DNA of 64,000 nucleotides from Nitrospirota bacterium (GTDB lineage Bacteria; Nitrospirota; UBA9217): NCBI GenBank assembly GCA_963737155.1, contig CAVTRN010000001.1, positions 1,088,001 to 1,152,000 of the forward strand, read 5' to 3'. Shown piece by piece: positions 1 to 9,308 of this stretch (position 1 is its first letter; each line of letters starts with the position of its first letter). The notes under the pieces were generated by a model. It saw only the letters and a program-made list of their open reading frames with translations, ran no database searches and was not told where the DNA came from. The position numbers and the translations under genes were made by a program.

Positions 1-57
1 TCATGGAGTATTATTTCGTTCACAACATTCCGTGAAGTGCCGTGATATACTTTTTTC

Positions 58-759
58 ATGAGAAAAGACGTAAAAGGGTTTTTTCTGAAAGAATATGGTT
101 CTTGGAGCGTTCTGGTCATCGCCTCTCTCATCGGTGTGGGCGCCAGCCGGGCCTTCTCCTGGTCCGTCATTCCTCTTTTTATCGCCCTCGGTTTCCTTGC
201 CAATTCCAAGCAGGCTTTTACAAAATTGAGGGGGCAAACCGAGAGAATAACTGCATATGCGGTCTTTTGCGTCCAAATTGCCGTTGCCGCTGTCATCTTG
301 ATTTCCCTTTTCGGCAGCGGAGTAACAATGCTCCTGCCCCTTCTCGCATTTCCTGCAACTTACCTTATGTTCAACCGGCTAGCGGGTGAGCACGCTGTCC
401 TGACCGAGGTGATCGGGTTTGCTCTTCTCAGCCTAGCATCAGTGCTCATGAAATACCTCATTACGGGAGGACTGGATGTCAGGTTGTTTTTGGGTGTAGC
501 TCTCTATTTTTCTGCCGGTGTTTTCAAGGTAAAAGCGTTACTGCTAAAAAAAACCAGGTACAGAATTATGGCCGTGCTGTTTGTTCTGGTCACTCTCTAT
601 ATCTATCACCGAATGTATATCCCGATGATCATACTTTTGCCCCTCTTGGACAACCTCATTGCTGCAGCGACACTTTACAAGGTCAGGCTCAAAACCACGG
701 GTTGGATTGAAGTGGGTAAAAGTCTGGCTTTCATGGTGCTTTTCCTTTTTTACTACTAA
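58..759 (+). CDS. YwiC-like membrane protein
   Basis: 233-aa ORF with multiple hydrophobic helices. N-terminal KEYGSW resembles the YwiC-family 'EHGAW' motif, and a C-terminal GWxE motif is present. Confidence 0.55.
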   Translation: MRKDVKGFFLKEYGSWSVLVIASLIGVGASRAFSWSVIPLFIALGFLANSKQAFTKLRGQTERITAYAVFCVQIAVAAVILISLFGSGVTMLLPLLAFPATYLMFNRLAGEHAVLTEVIGFALLSLASVLMKYLITGGLDVRLFLGVALYFSAGVFKVKALLLKKTRYRIMAVLFVLVTLYIYHRMYIPMIILLPLLDNLIAAATLYKVRLKTTGWIEVGKSLAFMVLFLFYY

Positions 760-842
760 AGACAGGCCCTTTACACAGACACATAATTATGCAATCTGCG
801 CCTCCCGACCCTGAAGTGGTAAAATAATAAAAAAGGCAGAAG

Positions 843-2588
843 ATGAATGTAAAATATCCAGGTGCGTATTTAACGCAAAACGCACTTACCGTTCTCGAGA
901 GACGATACCTCATAAAAGATGAAGAGGGGCGTGTAGGGGAATCTCCTGAGGAAATGTTCCGAAGAGTTGCTGCAAATATCGCACAGGCCGACCTGCGGTA
1001 CGATGGAGATGCGAAGATTCATGCAACGGAAGACGAATTTAATCGCGTCCTGTCAAATCTTGAATTTCTGCCCAATTCACCGACTCTCATGAACGCAGGC
1101 CGTCCCCTGCAGCAGCTCGCTGCTTGTTTTGTCCTGCCGGTGGAAGATTCTCTTGAATCGATATTTGAAGAAGTCAAGAACACCGCTCTGATTCATCAGA
1201 GCGGAGGCGGCACCGGCTTTTCCTTCAGCAAGTTACGGCCAAAGGACGATGTCGTACGCACCACGGGCGGGTCTGCCAGCGGTCCTGTCTCGTTCATGCG
1301 GGTTTTCAACATGGCCACCGAGGTTGTTAAGCAGGGAGGCACACGGCGGGGAGCGAACATGGGCATTCTGCGCGTAGACCATCCCGATATTCTAGATTTC
1401 ATCGCCGCCAAAGAAAACAATAGGGAACTGGCAAATTTCAATATTTCGGTAGCTGTGACCGAGCAGTTCATGGCCGCAGTGCAATCGGATTGCGTGATGC
1501 ACCTGGTGAATCCACATACCCGTCAACTCGTAAGGACGCTCAAGGCCCGCGACGTTTTCGACCGGATCGTCGAAATGGCATGGAAAACCGGCGATCCCGG
1601 TGTCGTATTTCTCGACCGCGTCAACCGGGAAAATCCTACCCCTCAGCTCGGCGACATGGAGAGCACCAACCCCTGCGGAGAACAACCGCTGCTCCCATAC
1701 GAACCTTGCAATCTGGGGTCTATCAATCTAATGCTCATGCTCGAGGAAAATCGCGACGGCCCTGAAGTAGACTGGAATAAGCTGGAGAGGACCGTGCGGA
1801 CAGCGGTGCATTTCCTGGATAATGTCATCGATGTGAGCCGCTATCCGCTAGTCGAGATAGATAGGATGGCGAAAGGCAATCGAAAAATAGGCCTGGGGGT
1901 CATGGGCTTCGCCGATGCGCTGATACGGCTTGGCATTCCTTACAACTCTGAGGAAGCGATCATGACCGGTGAAAGGATCATGAAATTCGTTCATGACAAA
2001 GGATGGGGCATGTCCGCTGAGCTTGCGCGAGAGCGCGGTGTCTTTCCGAACTATGTGGGAAGTACGTATGACCTCACAGGAGGGTTGAGACTCAGGAACG
2101 CCACGGTTACTACGATTGCACCGACGGGAAGCCTGTCCATTATTGCCGGCTGTTCGAGTGGGATCGAACCGTTGTATGCACTGTCCTTTACCCGACATGT
2201 GCTTGGAGATGTGGAGCTGCCTGAGATGAGCGAATACTTTCTGGAAACAGCAAGGGCGCGAGGGTTTATGAGCGATGTGCTCCTGATGCGTATAATGGCC
2301 GGCGAATCCATTCAGCGAATGCAGGAAGTACCTGACGATATTAAGCGACTGTTCGTGACGGCTTTCGATATCGCCCCGGAATGGCATGTTCGCATGCAGT
2401 CCGCATTCCAGCGCCATACGGATAACGCAGTGTCTAAAACCATAAATTTTCCGGAGCAAGCAACGAAAGACGATGTGCGAAAAGCTTTTTTTCTTGCGTA
2501 CCAGGAAGGCGTAAAGGGGATTACGGTATTCCGAAGCGGAAGTAAAAGTGATCAGGTACTGACCTGCGCCGACCCATTGTACTGCTGA
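843..2588 (+). CDS. nrdJ: Class II (adenosylcobalamin-dependent) ribonucleotide reductase, short form
   Basis: Motifs [34 protein letters not shown] (radical Cys), CNLGS, TIAPTGS and VSKTIN. No class I C-terminal Tyr-Tyr pair and no nrdB nearby. Confidence 0.9.
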   Translation: MNVKYPGAYLTQNALTVLERRYLIKDEEGRVGESPEEMFRRVAANIAQADLRYDGDAKIHATEDEFNRVLSNLEFLPNSPTLMNAGRPLQQLAACFVLPVEDSLESIFEEVKNTALIHQSGGGTGFSFSKLRPKDDVVRTTGGSASGPVSFMRVFNMATEVVKQGGTRRGANMGILRVDHPDILDFIAAKENNRELANFNISVAVTEQFMAAVQSDCVMHLVNPHTRQLVRTLKARDVFDRIVEMAWKTGDPGVVFLDRVNRENPTPQLGDMESTNPCGEQPLLPYEPCNLGSINLMLMLEENRDGPEVDWNKLERTVRTAVHFLDNVIDVSRYPLVEIDRMAKGNRKIGLGVMGFADALIRLGIPYNSEEAIMTGERIMKFVHDKGWGMSAELARERGVFPNYVGSTYDLTGGLRLRNATVTTIAPTGSLSIIAGCSSGIEPLYALSFTRHVLGDVELPEMSEYFLETARARGFMSDVLLMRIMAGESIQRMQEVPDDIKRLFVTAFDIAPEWHVRMQSAFQRHTDNAVSKTINFPEQATKDDVRKAFFLAYQEGVKGITVFRSGSKSDQVLTCADPLYC

Positions 2589-2652
2589 TCGGCGCCGCCG
2601 CCCTATCGGCACCGGCAGCGGCGGTAGGTGCCTCTGCTCGTAGAAGGGTTGC

Positions 2653-2680
2653 TTGACGTGGGCGGAAGATGTGCTATGCT
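2653..2680 (+). promoter_or_regulatory. sigma70-type promoter for the rpiB/PPP cluster
   Basis: TTGACG-16 bp-TATGCT with an extended TG. Confidence 0.5.
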
Positions 2681-2773
2681 TGCGCTGAGGTGCTAAAAGA
2701 TTTTTTTCGCGTCCTTTTTGGATATGCGTCGGGATATTGACAGAAACGAGGAAAGGCGTCAGGTTTACAGACC

Positions 2774-3232
2774 ATGAATATCATTGTAGGTGCAGACCAT
2801 GGCGGATTCCCGCTGAAATCGGTCATCGTTAAGTATCTTGTACAGCTCGGCCATACGACTCAGGATGTCGGAACTTTTAGCAGCGATCCGGTTGATTATC
2901 CCGATTATGCGCGTATCGTGGCAAATGCAATAATCGATAGAAGGGAAGAGAGAGGGATTATCATTTGTGGAAGCGGAGTCGGTGCCTCTGTGGCTGCGAA
3001 CAAGTTTCCCGGCATACGCGCGGCAGTCTGTCACGACACATTTTCCGCACACCAGGGCGTGGAGGACGACGACATGAATGTATTGTGCCTGGGGGCACGA
3101 GTCGTGGGACCGGAGCTGGCCAAGGATATCGCACGATCCTTTGTGGCTGCAATATTCTCGGGCATGGAACGTCATGTCCGACGACTAGCAAAGGTCAAGG
3201 CGATCGAAAAGGAATTTACCGGCGACATCTAA
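2774..3232 (+). CDS. rpiB: Ribose-5-phosphate isomerase B
   Basis: GADHGG, DYPD, ICGSGVG, ANKFPGIRAA and NVLCLGAR motifs. Confidence 0.95.
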   Translation: MNIIVGADHGGFPLKSVIVKYLVQLGHTTQDVGTFSSDPVDYPDYARIVANAIIDRREERGIIICGSGVGASVAANKFPGIRAAVCHDTFSAHQGVEDDDMNVLCLGARVVGPELAKDIARSFVAAIFSGMERHVRRLAKVKAIEKEFTGDI

Positions 3233-3497
3233 AAATGCCACGTGCGGCGGGGTAGTAGCGGGAGAGAAATTATGAAATCACAGAGGGCGCATAGTAATGC
3301 TGGTTAAATGCCGCGCCTGACTTTTTAATAAGATACGCTGTATTTTACTCGTTAAGAGAACGCTCAGAAACGCTGATAATAAGGGAGGCATAGAGGGGGA
3401 CAAATGAAAGTGACTGATTTGCTCACTGAATTCAAGGTGCTCTCTGTTTTCTCTGCTTAACAGTTTGACAATACGATTTGGCATGAAAGGATAACCA

Positions 3498-4403
3498 ATG
3501 AAAGTGGGATATATCGGTTTGGGGAAAATGGGATTCAATATGGTGGAACGGCTCTTGGAAAAGGGGCATCAGGTAGTCGCCTTTGACAGGAACAGGGACG
3601 TTGTTCATGACATTACTATGAAAGGCGCTCAGCCTTCTGGTTCAATTGCGGAGGTTGTACGGTCGCTTGTCGCGCCACGTCTGATCTGGATCATGGTCCC
3701 TTATGAGGCAGTCGATGCGGTTCTTACGGAACTAACGCCGCTGCTCGGGAAAAAAGACGCGGTTATCGACGGCGGTAATTCACCTTACAAAGAATCGATA
3801 CGTCGGGCATCGGAACTCGAAGAGAGAGGTATCGATTTTCTTGATGCGGGTGTGAGCGGGGGTCCGTCAGGAGCGCGAAACGGCGCATGTGTCATGATCG
3901 GCGGCAGCAAAGAGGTATTCGAGCATTACGAAATCCTTTTTCGTGATATTTCAGTTGCTGGCGGCTACGGGTTCATGGGCCGGTCGGGAGCAGGCCATTT
4001 CGTGAAAATGGTGCACAACGGCATTGAATACGGCATGATGCAGGCTCTGGCTGAAGGTTTCGCGGTCATGAAAGCCTCTGGCTTCGAACTCGATCTCGCG
4101 GGAATCGCCGATCTTTATAACCACCGGAGTGTGATCGAGTCGAGGCTCGTAGGCTGGCTCAAGAATGCCTATGATCAATACGGGAGGGATTTGAGCTCGA
4201 TCTCGGGCTCCGCGGCGCAGAGTGGTGAGGGGACGTGGACCGTTGATGCAGCGAGGGAATTGGGTATCCCCGTGCCGATCATCAAGGGGGCACTCGATTA
4301 CCGGCTACAGTCGCAGAAAGACCCGAGTTACACTGGCAGGATCATTTCTGCCCTGAGACATCAGTTTGGAGGACATGAGGCGAAGGAGCACAAGCAGCAG
4401 TAA
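3498..4403 (+). CDS. gnd: 6-phosphogluconate dehydrogenase (decarboxylating, short YqeC type)
   Basis: GLGKMG, IDGGNS, GVSGG, GHFVKMVHNGIEYG, SGEGxW and RxxFGGH motifs. Confidence 0.95.
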   Translation: MKVGYIGLGKMGFNMVERLLEKGHQVVAFDRNRDVVHDITMKGAQPSGSIAEVVRSLVAPRLIWIMVPYEAVDAVLTELTPLLGKKDAVIDGGNSPYKESIRRASELEERGIDFLDAGVSGGPSGARNGACVMIGGSKEVFEHYEILFRDISVAGGYGFMGRSGAGHFVKMVHNGIEYGMMQALAEGFAVMKASGFELDLAGIADLYNHRSVIESRLVGWLKNAYDQYGRDLSSISGSAAQSGEGTWTVDAARELGIPVPIIKGALDYRLQSQKDPSYTGRIISALRHQFGGHEAKEHKQQ

Positions 4404-4573
4404 AGGAACAGGCTGCAGTCCCAGCCGGCTCCGCGTGACTAACGCAGGACTGTTGGACGAAAGGAAAAATAAGAGGCTTTCTCACATGTGAATTGGACAG
4501 GGAGGTGCCGGTGTTGCGAACCTATTAAAGCGTCTCCTGCGCTGGCCTACTATTGAAAAAGGAGGCGATTTCT

Positions 4574-5470
4574 ATGAAACAAGATAATCTCAAAACGAAA
4601 ATATTTCTTGATGGCGGCGACCCCGAGGAGACAAGGGAGATCACAAAACTCCTCGGGTTTCTGGACGGACAGACCACGAATCCGACGTTGGTATCGAAAA
4701 ACCCCGAGGTGCGCAAGAGGCTCGGGCAGGGCGAGAAGTTCGAGGCGGGGGAAATCCTCGATTTGTATCGGAGCGTTGTTACGACTCTTTGCGCTCTCAT
4801 TCCCGATGGATCGATTTCAATCGAGGTCTATGCTGATGCCGTTTCGAAAGCCGAAACGATGCTTCAACAGGGCAAGGAGATGTTCTCCTGGATCAAGAAT
4901 GCCCATATAAAATTTCCGACGACAAGGGAAGGCCTCAAAGCTGCGGAGCAGGCCGTAGGGGCCGGCATGCGCGTCAACATGACGCTTGCCTTCTCGCAGG
5001 AACAGGCGGCGGCGGTTTATGCGGCAACGCGGGGAGCTCGCAAAGGACAGGTTTTCATTTCACCCTTTGTCGGCAGGCTTGACGACCGTGGAGAGAATGG
5101 AATGGACTTGATCACCAATATTCTCAGGATGTACGAGGGCGGTGATGGTCATGTTGAAGTGCTAACCGCGAGCGTGCGCAGCCTTGATCATATTCTGCAG
5201 GCCCTCAGTTTGGGGTCGGATATTATAACCGCGCCCTATGAAGTCCTGAAAAGCTGGGGAGAGAAAGGATTGCCCGTTCCCGGGCCGGACTTCCGGTATG
5301 ACAGCGGAGGGCGCAGTCCTATTGTTTACCGCCATATCGATCTCAGTAAACACTGGCTGGACTACGATATTCATCACGAACTCACGTACAAAGGTATGGA
5401 AAAATTCTCCGCGGACTGGAATGCTTTGATCCGGGAACAGAAAGCGAGGGCCTATGGATCCGCTCGATGA
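4574..5470 (+). CDS. tal: Transaldolase family protein
   Basis: IFLD..., TTNP, IKFP (Schiff-base Lys), VNMTLAFS and SPFVGRLDD motifs. GGAGG SD precedes ATG 4574. Confidence 0.9.
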   Translation: MKQDNLKTKIFLDGGDPEETREITKLLGFLDGQTTNPTLVSKNPEVRKRLGQGEKFEAGEILDLYRSVVTTLCALIPDGSISIEVYADAVSKAETMLQQGKEMFSWIKNAHIKFPTTREGLKAAEQAVGAGMRVNMTLAFSQEQAAAVYAATRGARKGQVFISPFVGRLDDRGENGMDLITNILRMYEGGDGHVEVLTASVRSLDHILQALSLGSDIITAPYEVLKSWGEKGLPVPGPDFRYDSGGRSPIVYRHIDLSKHWLDYDIHHELTYKGMEKFSADWNALIREQKARAYGSAR

Positions 5471-7025
5471 TCCCGTGGAAGTAACGGCCAAGACAACGAT
5501 CATTACGGGTCGTGCAGAAAAAGAGGAAGGCAAATGCACAATCGATGTGCCACCCCCATCGGCCGTTATTATTTTTGGCGCCTCGGGGGATTTAACGCGA
5601 CGAAAGCTTCTCCCTTCGCTCTTCCGACTGTATAAGAATAAAATGTTGTCCGACCGTTTTTTCATCCTTGGCACGAGCCGGGTCGAGATGACGACGGACC
5701 AGTTCCGCGCCGCCATGTTGGATGCCATGAAAGCTGCTTTCCCGGCAGGCATTGACGCAAGCGTGTGGGATACCTTCGCTCCCCGCCTCTATTACTTGAC
5801 TTTTGACTATGGGGACCTGAAATCCTATACCGATTCACTGCGGGACCGTCTTCCGGAGCTGGAACGGAAGTATCATACGGAAGGAAACCGTATCTTTTAT
5901 CTTGCCATCCCACCCACAGTTTTCGTGGAGGTGATCAATAATCTCGGGGCCGCGGGATTATCACGGGAAGATAATGGCCGCAGCAACATCGTCATAGAGA
6001 AGCCCTTCGGCCAGGACCTTAACTCCGCCCGGAAACTTAACCAACTGGTGCACACCCATTATCGAGAAAGCCAGATTTTCCGGATTGACCACTATCTTGC
6101 CAAGGAAACTGTGCAGAACGTCCTGATGTTCCGTTTCGCGAATTCGATTTTCGAGCCGCTGTGGAACAGAAGATATATCGACCATGTTCAGATTACGGCG
6201 GCGGAAACCTTGGGTGTCGAACATCGGGCCGGCTATTACGAGGAAGCAGGGGTGTTGCGCGATATGTTCCAGAATCATATGTCCGAGCTTCTGGCGCTCA
6301 CAGCAATGGAACCCCCGGCCGGTTTTGAGTCAAACCTGGTGCAGGATGAGAAGGTCAAGGTGTACCGGGCAATCCGGCAGCTTCCCCTCAACGCGCTGGA
6401 ACAGCATATGGCCCTTGGACAGTATACCGAGGGGACCATCGATAACAACCACGTACCGGGCTATCGTGAGGAACCGGGTGTCGCGGAGCAGTCGGCAACG
6501 CCGACCTTTGCCGCCATGAAATTGTTCATCGACAACTGGCGGTGGCATGACGTGCCGTTCTATCTTCGCTCGGGGAAACGGCTCGCGCGGCGCACGACTG
6601 AAATCTCCATTCACTACAAACAGGTGCCTCACTCCATGTTTCCCGAAACTGTCGGCGGCCCCATTGATCCGAACGTTCTCATACTGCGGGTGCAGCCCGA
6701 TGAAGGCATGAGTCTCTTCATTCAGGCAAAAAAACCGGGCTCAAAGATTTGTCTAAGCCCGATGCTGATGAACTACTCTTATCCGCGGGACGTGCTTCTT
6801 GACGCCTACGAGTGGGTGCTTCTCGATTGCATGCAGGGAGACCATATGCTCTTTACAAGGGAGGACGGCGTGGAACAGACATGGTTAATGCTCACGCCGC
6901 TACTCAACAGGCTGTCTTCAACACTGACGGGAGCGAATATCCCATTTTATGTCGCCGGGTCGGATGGACCCGCCGGCGCGCACTGGTTGATCAAGCAGGA
7001 CGGCCGGTCCTGGAGGTCCCTGTGA
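5454..7025 (+). CDS. zwf: Glucose-6-phosphate 1-dehydrogenase
   Basis: IFGASGDL, EKPFG, RIDHYLAKE, RDMFQNH and WHDVPFYLRSGK motifs. Confidence 0.96.
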   Translation: MDPLDDPVEVTAKTTIITGRAEKEEGKCTIDVPPPSAVIIFGASGDLTRRKLLPSLFRLYKNKMLSDRFFILGTSRVEMTTDQFRAAMLDAMKAAFPAGIDASVWDTFAPRLYYLTFDYGDLKSYTDSLRDRLPELERKYHTEGNRIFYLAIPPTVFVEVINNLGAAGLSREDNGRSNIVIEKPFGQDLNSARKLNQLVHTHYRESQIFRIDHYLAKETVQNVLMFRFANSIFEPLWNRRYIDHVQITAAETLGVEHRAGYYEEAGVLRDMFQNHMSELLALTAMEPPAGFESNLVQDEKVKVYRAIRQLPLNALEQHMALGQYTEGTIDNNHVPGYREEPGVAEQSATPTFAAMKLFIDNWRWHDVPFYLRSGKRLARRTTEISIHYKQVPHSMFPETVGGPIDPNVLILRVQPDEGMSLFIQAKKPGSKICLSPMLMNYSYPRDVLLDAYEWVLLDCMQGDHMLFTREDGVEQTWLMLTPLLNRLSSTLTGANIPFYVAGSDGPAGAHWLIKQDGRSWRSL

Positions 7026-7780
7026 AGACTGGTGGAGAAACGGAGGTTCGTGTTTTTGCGGACTTGGAGGCGCTGAGCCGGATTGCAGCGGATATCTTCG
7101 TATTGCTATGCAAGGATGCATCAGCTTCGAAAGGTAGGTTTGCCGTTGCACTCTCAGGCGGATCCACACCGCGGCGCTTTCTTTCCCTTCTTGCAGGAAG
7201 TCCCTATCAGGAACAAATCACCTGGTCCACTGTACATATTTTCTGGGCTGATGAACGTTGCGTTGCCCGGGAAAATCACGAGAGCAATTATAAACTCGCT
7301 TATGAGACATTGCTATCCAAAGTCCCTATCCCGGAGGAAAACATCCACCGGATCAAGGGAGAAATGAACCCGGAACAGGCCTCGCGGGATTATGAAGATT
7401 CTCTGCGGATGTTTTTCGGAACACAGCCAATTCCGGTTTTTGACCTCATTGTCCTGGGGGCGGGAGAAGACGGACATACGGCATCCCTTTTCCCAGGTTC
7501 TACGGCTGTGCATGAGCGGACAAGAATTGTCCTTCCAGTATATGTTGAGGCTCCGAAGCTGAACCGGGTTACACTGACACTCCCTATTTTGGACAGTGCC
7601 TCGTACGTTCTTTTTCTGGCGTCGGGGCGCATAAAAGCAGCGGTACTGCACGAGATCCTCGAAGATGGAAACCCGAAGTATTATCCTGCCGGTTTAGTGC
7701 GGCCCGTTCATGGCCGCTTAACGTGGCTGATTGATCGCGATGCCGGAAGCCTGCTGACGAAACAGTATTTTCACCGATGA
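7022..7780 (+). CDS. pgl: 6-phosphogluconolactonase
   Basis: ALSGGSTP, FWADERCV and LGAGEDGHTASLFP motifs. The GTG start overlaps the zwf stop (GTGA). Confidence 0.93.
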   Translation: MKTGGETEVRVFADLEALSRIAADIFVLLCKDASASKGRFAVALSGGSTPRRFLSLLAGSPYQEQITWSTVHIFWADERCVARENHESNYKLAYETLLSKVPIPEENIHRIKGEMNPEQASRDYEDSLRMFFGTQPIPVFDLIVLGAGEDGHTASLFPGSTAVHERTRIVLPVYVEAPKLNRVTLTLPILDSASYVLFLASGRIKAAVLHEILEDGNPKYYPAGLVRPVHGRLTWLIDRDAGSLLTKQYFHR

Positions 7781-7899
7781 CGTGGACGCGCAATTTTGCC
7801 TCGGTATCCACCGAACCGCATCTCGGAGTGACAGCAGACGCAGGTTTTTTATGGTATCTTTTATATAACGATTTGGCTAGGAAAGGAGGTGAAGAGAGG

Positions 7900-8022
7900 G
7901 TGAAAAAGATCATGAGCAAAGAAGCAACAGCCAAGGAGGCAGCCTACTGGAACCTCATGAAACAGCTGGCAAAACAGAACCCCGGTACGGTATGCCACAA
8001 ATGAAAGGGCTGAAAGAGCTAG
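7900..8022 (+). CDS. Putative selenocysteine-containing RiPP precursor peptide, 40 aa (MKKIMSKEATAKEAAYWNLMKQLAKQNPGTVCHKUKGUKS)
   Basis: AGGAGGTGA SD at 7884-7892 and GTG at 7900. In-frame TGA at 8002 and 8011 continue a Cys-x-x register, then TAG at 8020. A SECIS-like hairpin follows, and a rSAM/SPASM gene is adjacent. Confidence 0.75.
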
Positions 8023-8040
8023 TGTTGCTGGTCAGCAACA
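8023..8040 (+). promoter_or_regulatory. Bacterial SECIS-like hairpin
   Basis: TGTTGCT-GGTC-AGCAACA is a perfect 7-bp stem with a GGUC loop, close to the E. coli fdhF SECIS apex GGTTGCAGGTCTGCACC. Confidence 0.7.
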
Positions 8041-8044
8041 GCAG

Positions 8045-8123
8045 GGAAACCGGCGGACAGGACTGGTTCGCTACGATGTTGTAGTATGTTCCTGACCGGC
8101 TATGTCCGTCTGTTTCCGTTTTT
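8045..8123 (+). terminator. Long stem-loop plus U-tract between precursor and maturase (terminator, attenuator or stabiliser)
   Basis: GGAAAC-C-GGCGGACA pairs with TGTCCGTC-T-GTTTCC. Inner helices are CTGGTT/GACCGG and CTAC/GTAG, followed by GTTTTT. Confidence 0.55.
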
Positions 8124-8185
8124 CCCGATTCAATGCATTGATCATCCCTAATGGCGAAGTCATTCTCAACAATCATCGGGCCGCG

Positions 8186-9229
8186 ATGTCAACCAACAAA
8201 CCCTTCGATTTTTTTATTCAGTGGCATCTGACCGAGAACTGCAACCTCTCATGCCGCCATTGCTATCAGGGAGAGCAGGTCACCGATGAAATGCCGCTGG
8301 CCGATATTAAAAGAGCCATAGCTGAAGCTGCGGACATGGTCACTGCCTGGTCGGAAGACTACGGCGTCACTTTTTCCCGGAGCATAAACATCACCGGCGG
8401 GGAGCCCCTTTTAAGGCGGGACCTCTTTACCATACTCGACGACGTCCGGAGACAAGGCTTTGGCTGCTACTTGCTCACGAATGGGACGCTCGTCACGAAT
8501 GACGTTGCCAAAGCGCTCGTCGAGCTGAAGATCAAGGGTGTCCAGGTCAGCATAGAAGGACCTGAAGAAATCCATGATTCCATTCGGGGCAAGGGAAGCT
8601 TCACCGCAGCAGTATCGGGGGTCGAGCATCTCGTTGATGCTGGGATCTCGGTTACGATAAACGTTACGCTGTCCAGTCTGAACGCATCTTTCCTGAAACA
8701 TATCATCGCCCTCGCTTCCCATATTGGCGCAAGACGGATTGGTTTTTCGCGCCTCGTTCCCGCAGGCAAGGGACAATTCCTGCTCTCCCGCATGCTGGGG
8801 CCGTACGAAGTAAAGGAATTATACGAGTCAGTGCTGCCGCTCGAGATCAGGGCTTTGGAGGTTGTGACCGGCGACCCCCTTGCAGCGCAGATCAAGCATC
8901 TGTCGAACGGCGATGATGGAAATACGGCAATAAGTGGCTGTTCCGCGGGCGTATCGGGGCTGACAATACTTCCCAACGGCAATGTGATGCCCTGCAGAAG
9001 GCTGCCACTGTCCCTTGGAAATGTCCGAAGAGATTCACTTCGCGAGATCTGGGCCACGTCGCCCGTACTGGAGGCTCTCAGGGATCGGCGCAGATACAAA
9101 GGTAAATGCGGAACTTGCCACCGCTGGGCACGTTGCCGCGGATGCCGGGCTATCGCTTATGCTTACTCGCGCTCCCAGGGCAACGACGATTTTCTCGCCG
9201 ACGATCCGCAATGCTTTATTCCAGCGTGA
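8186..9229 (+). CDS. Radical SAM/SPASM domain protein (putative peptide maturase)
   Basis: CNLSCRHC (CxxxCxxC) and TGGEP. SPASM Cys set GCSAG...MPC...CGTC..WARCRGC...DPQC. Start is uncertain (ORF open from 8102). Confidence 0.92.
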   Translation: MSTNKPFDFFIQWHLTENCNLSCRHCYQGEQVTDEMPLADIKRAIAEAADMVTAWSEDYGVTFSRSINITGGEPLLRRDLFTILDDVRRQGFGCYLLTNGTLVTNDVAKALVELKIKGVQVSIEGPEEIHDSIRGKGSFTAAVSGVEHLVDAGISVTINVTLSSLNASFLKHIIALASHIGARRIGFSRLVPAGKGQFLLSRMLGPYEVKELYESVLPLEIRALEVVTGDPLAAQIKHLSNGDDGNTAISGCSAGVSGLTILPNGNVMPCRRLPLSLGNVRRDSLREIWATSPVLEALRDRRRYKGKCGTCHRWARCRGCRAIAYAYSRSQGNDDFLADDPQCFIPA

Positions 9230-9308
9230 GGTAGAACAGCATAGTGTAGAAAGAGAACGTCTGATTCAAGAGTCGTGTACTTTGTGCACCGTGCACTGAG
9301 GTTTTTCC

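Noticed and set aside
776-796. Possible NrdR box upstream of nrdJ (ACACATAATTATGC)
   Set aside because: Only a weak single match to the consensus, and NrdR boxes normally come in tandem.
2583-2632. nrdJ ends TGC TGA followed by a GC-rich hairpin, a possible Cys-Sec readthrough
   Set aside because: The extension (SAPPPYRHRQRR) looks non-coding, the hairpin lacks the GGUC-type apex seen at 8023, and a terminal Cys already fits an RNR tail.
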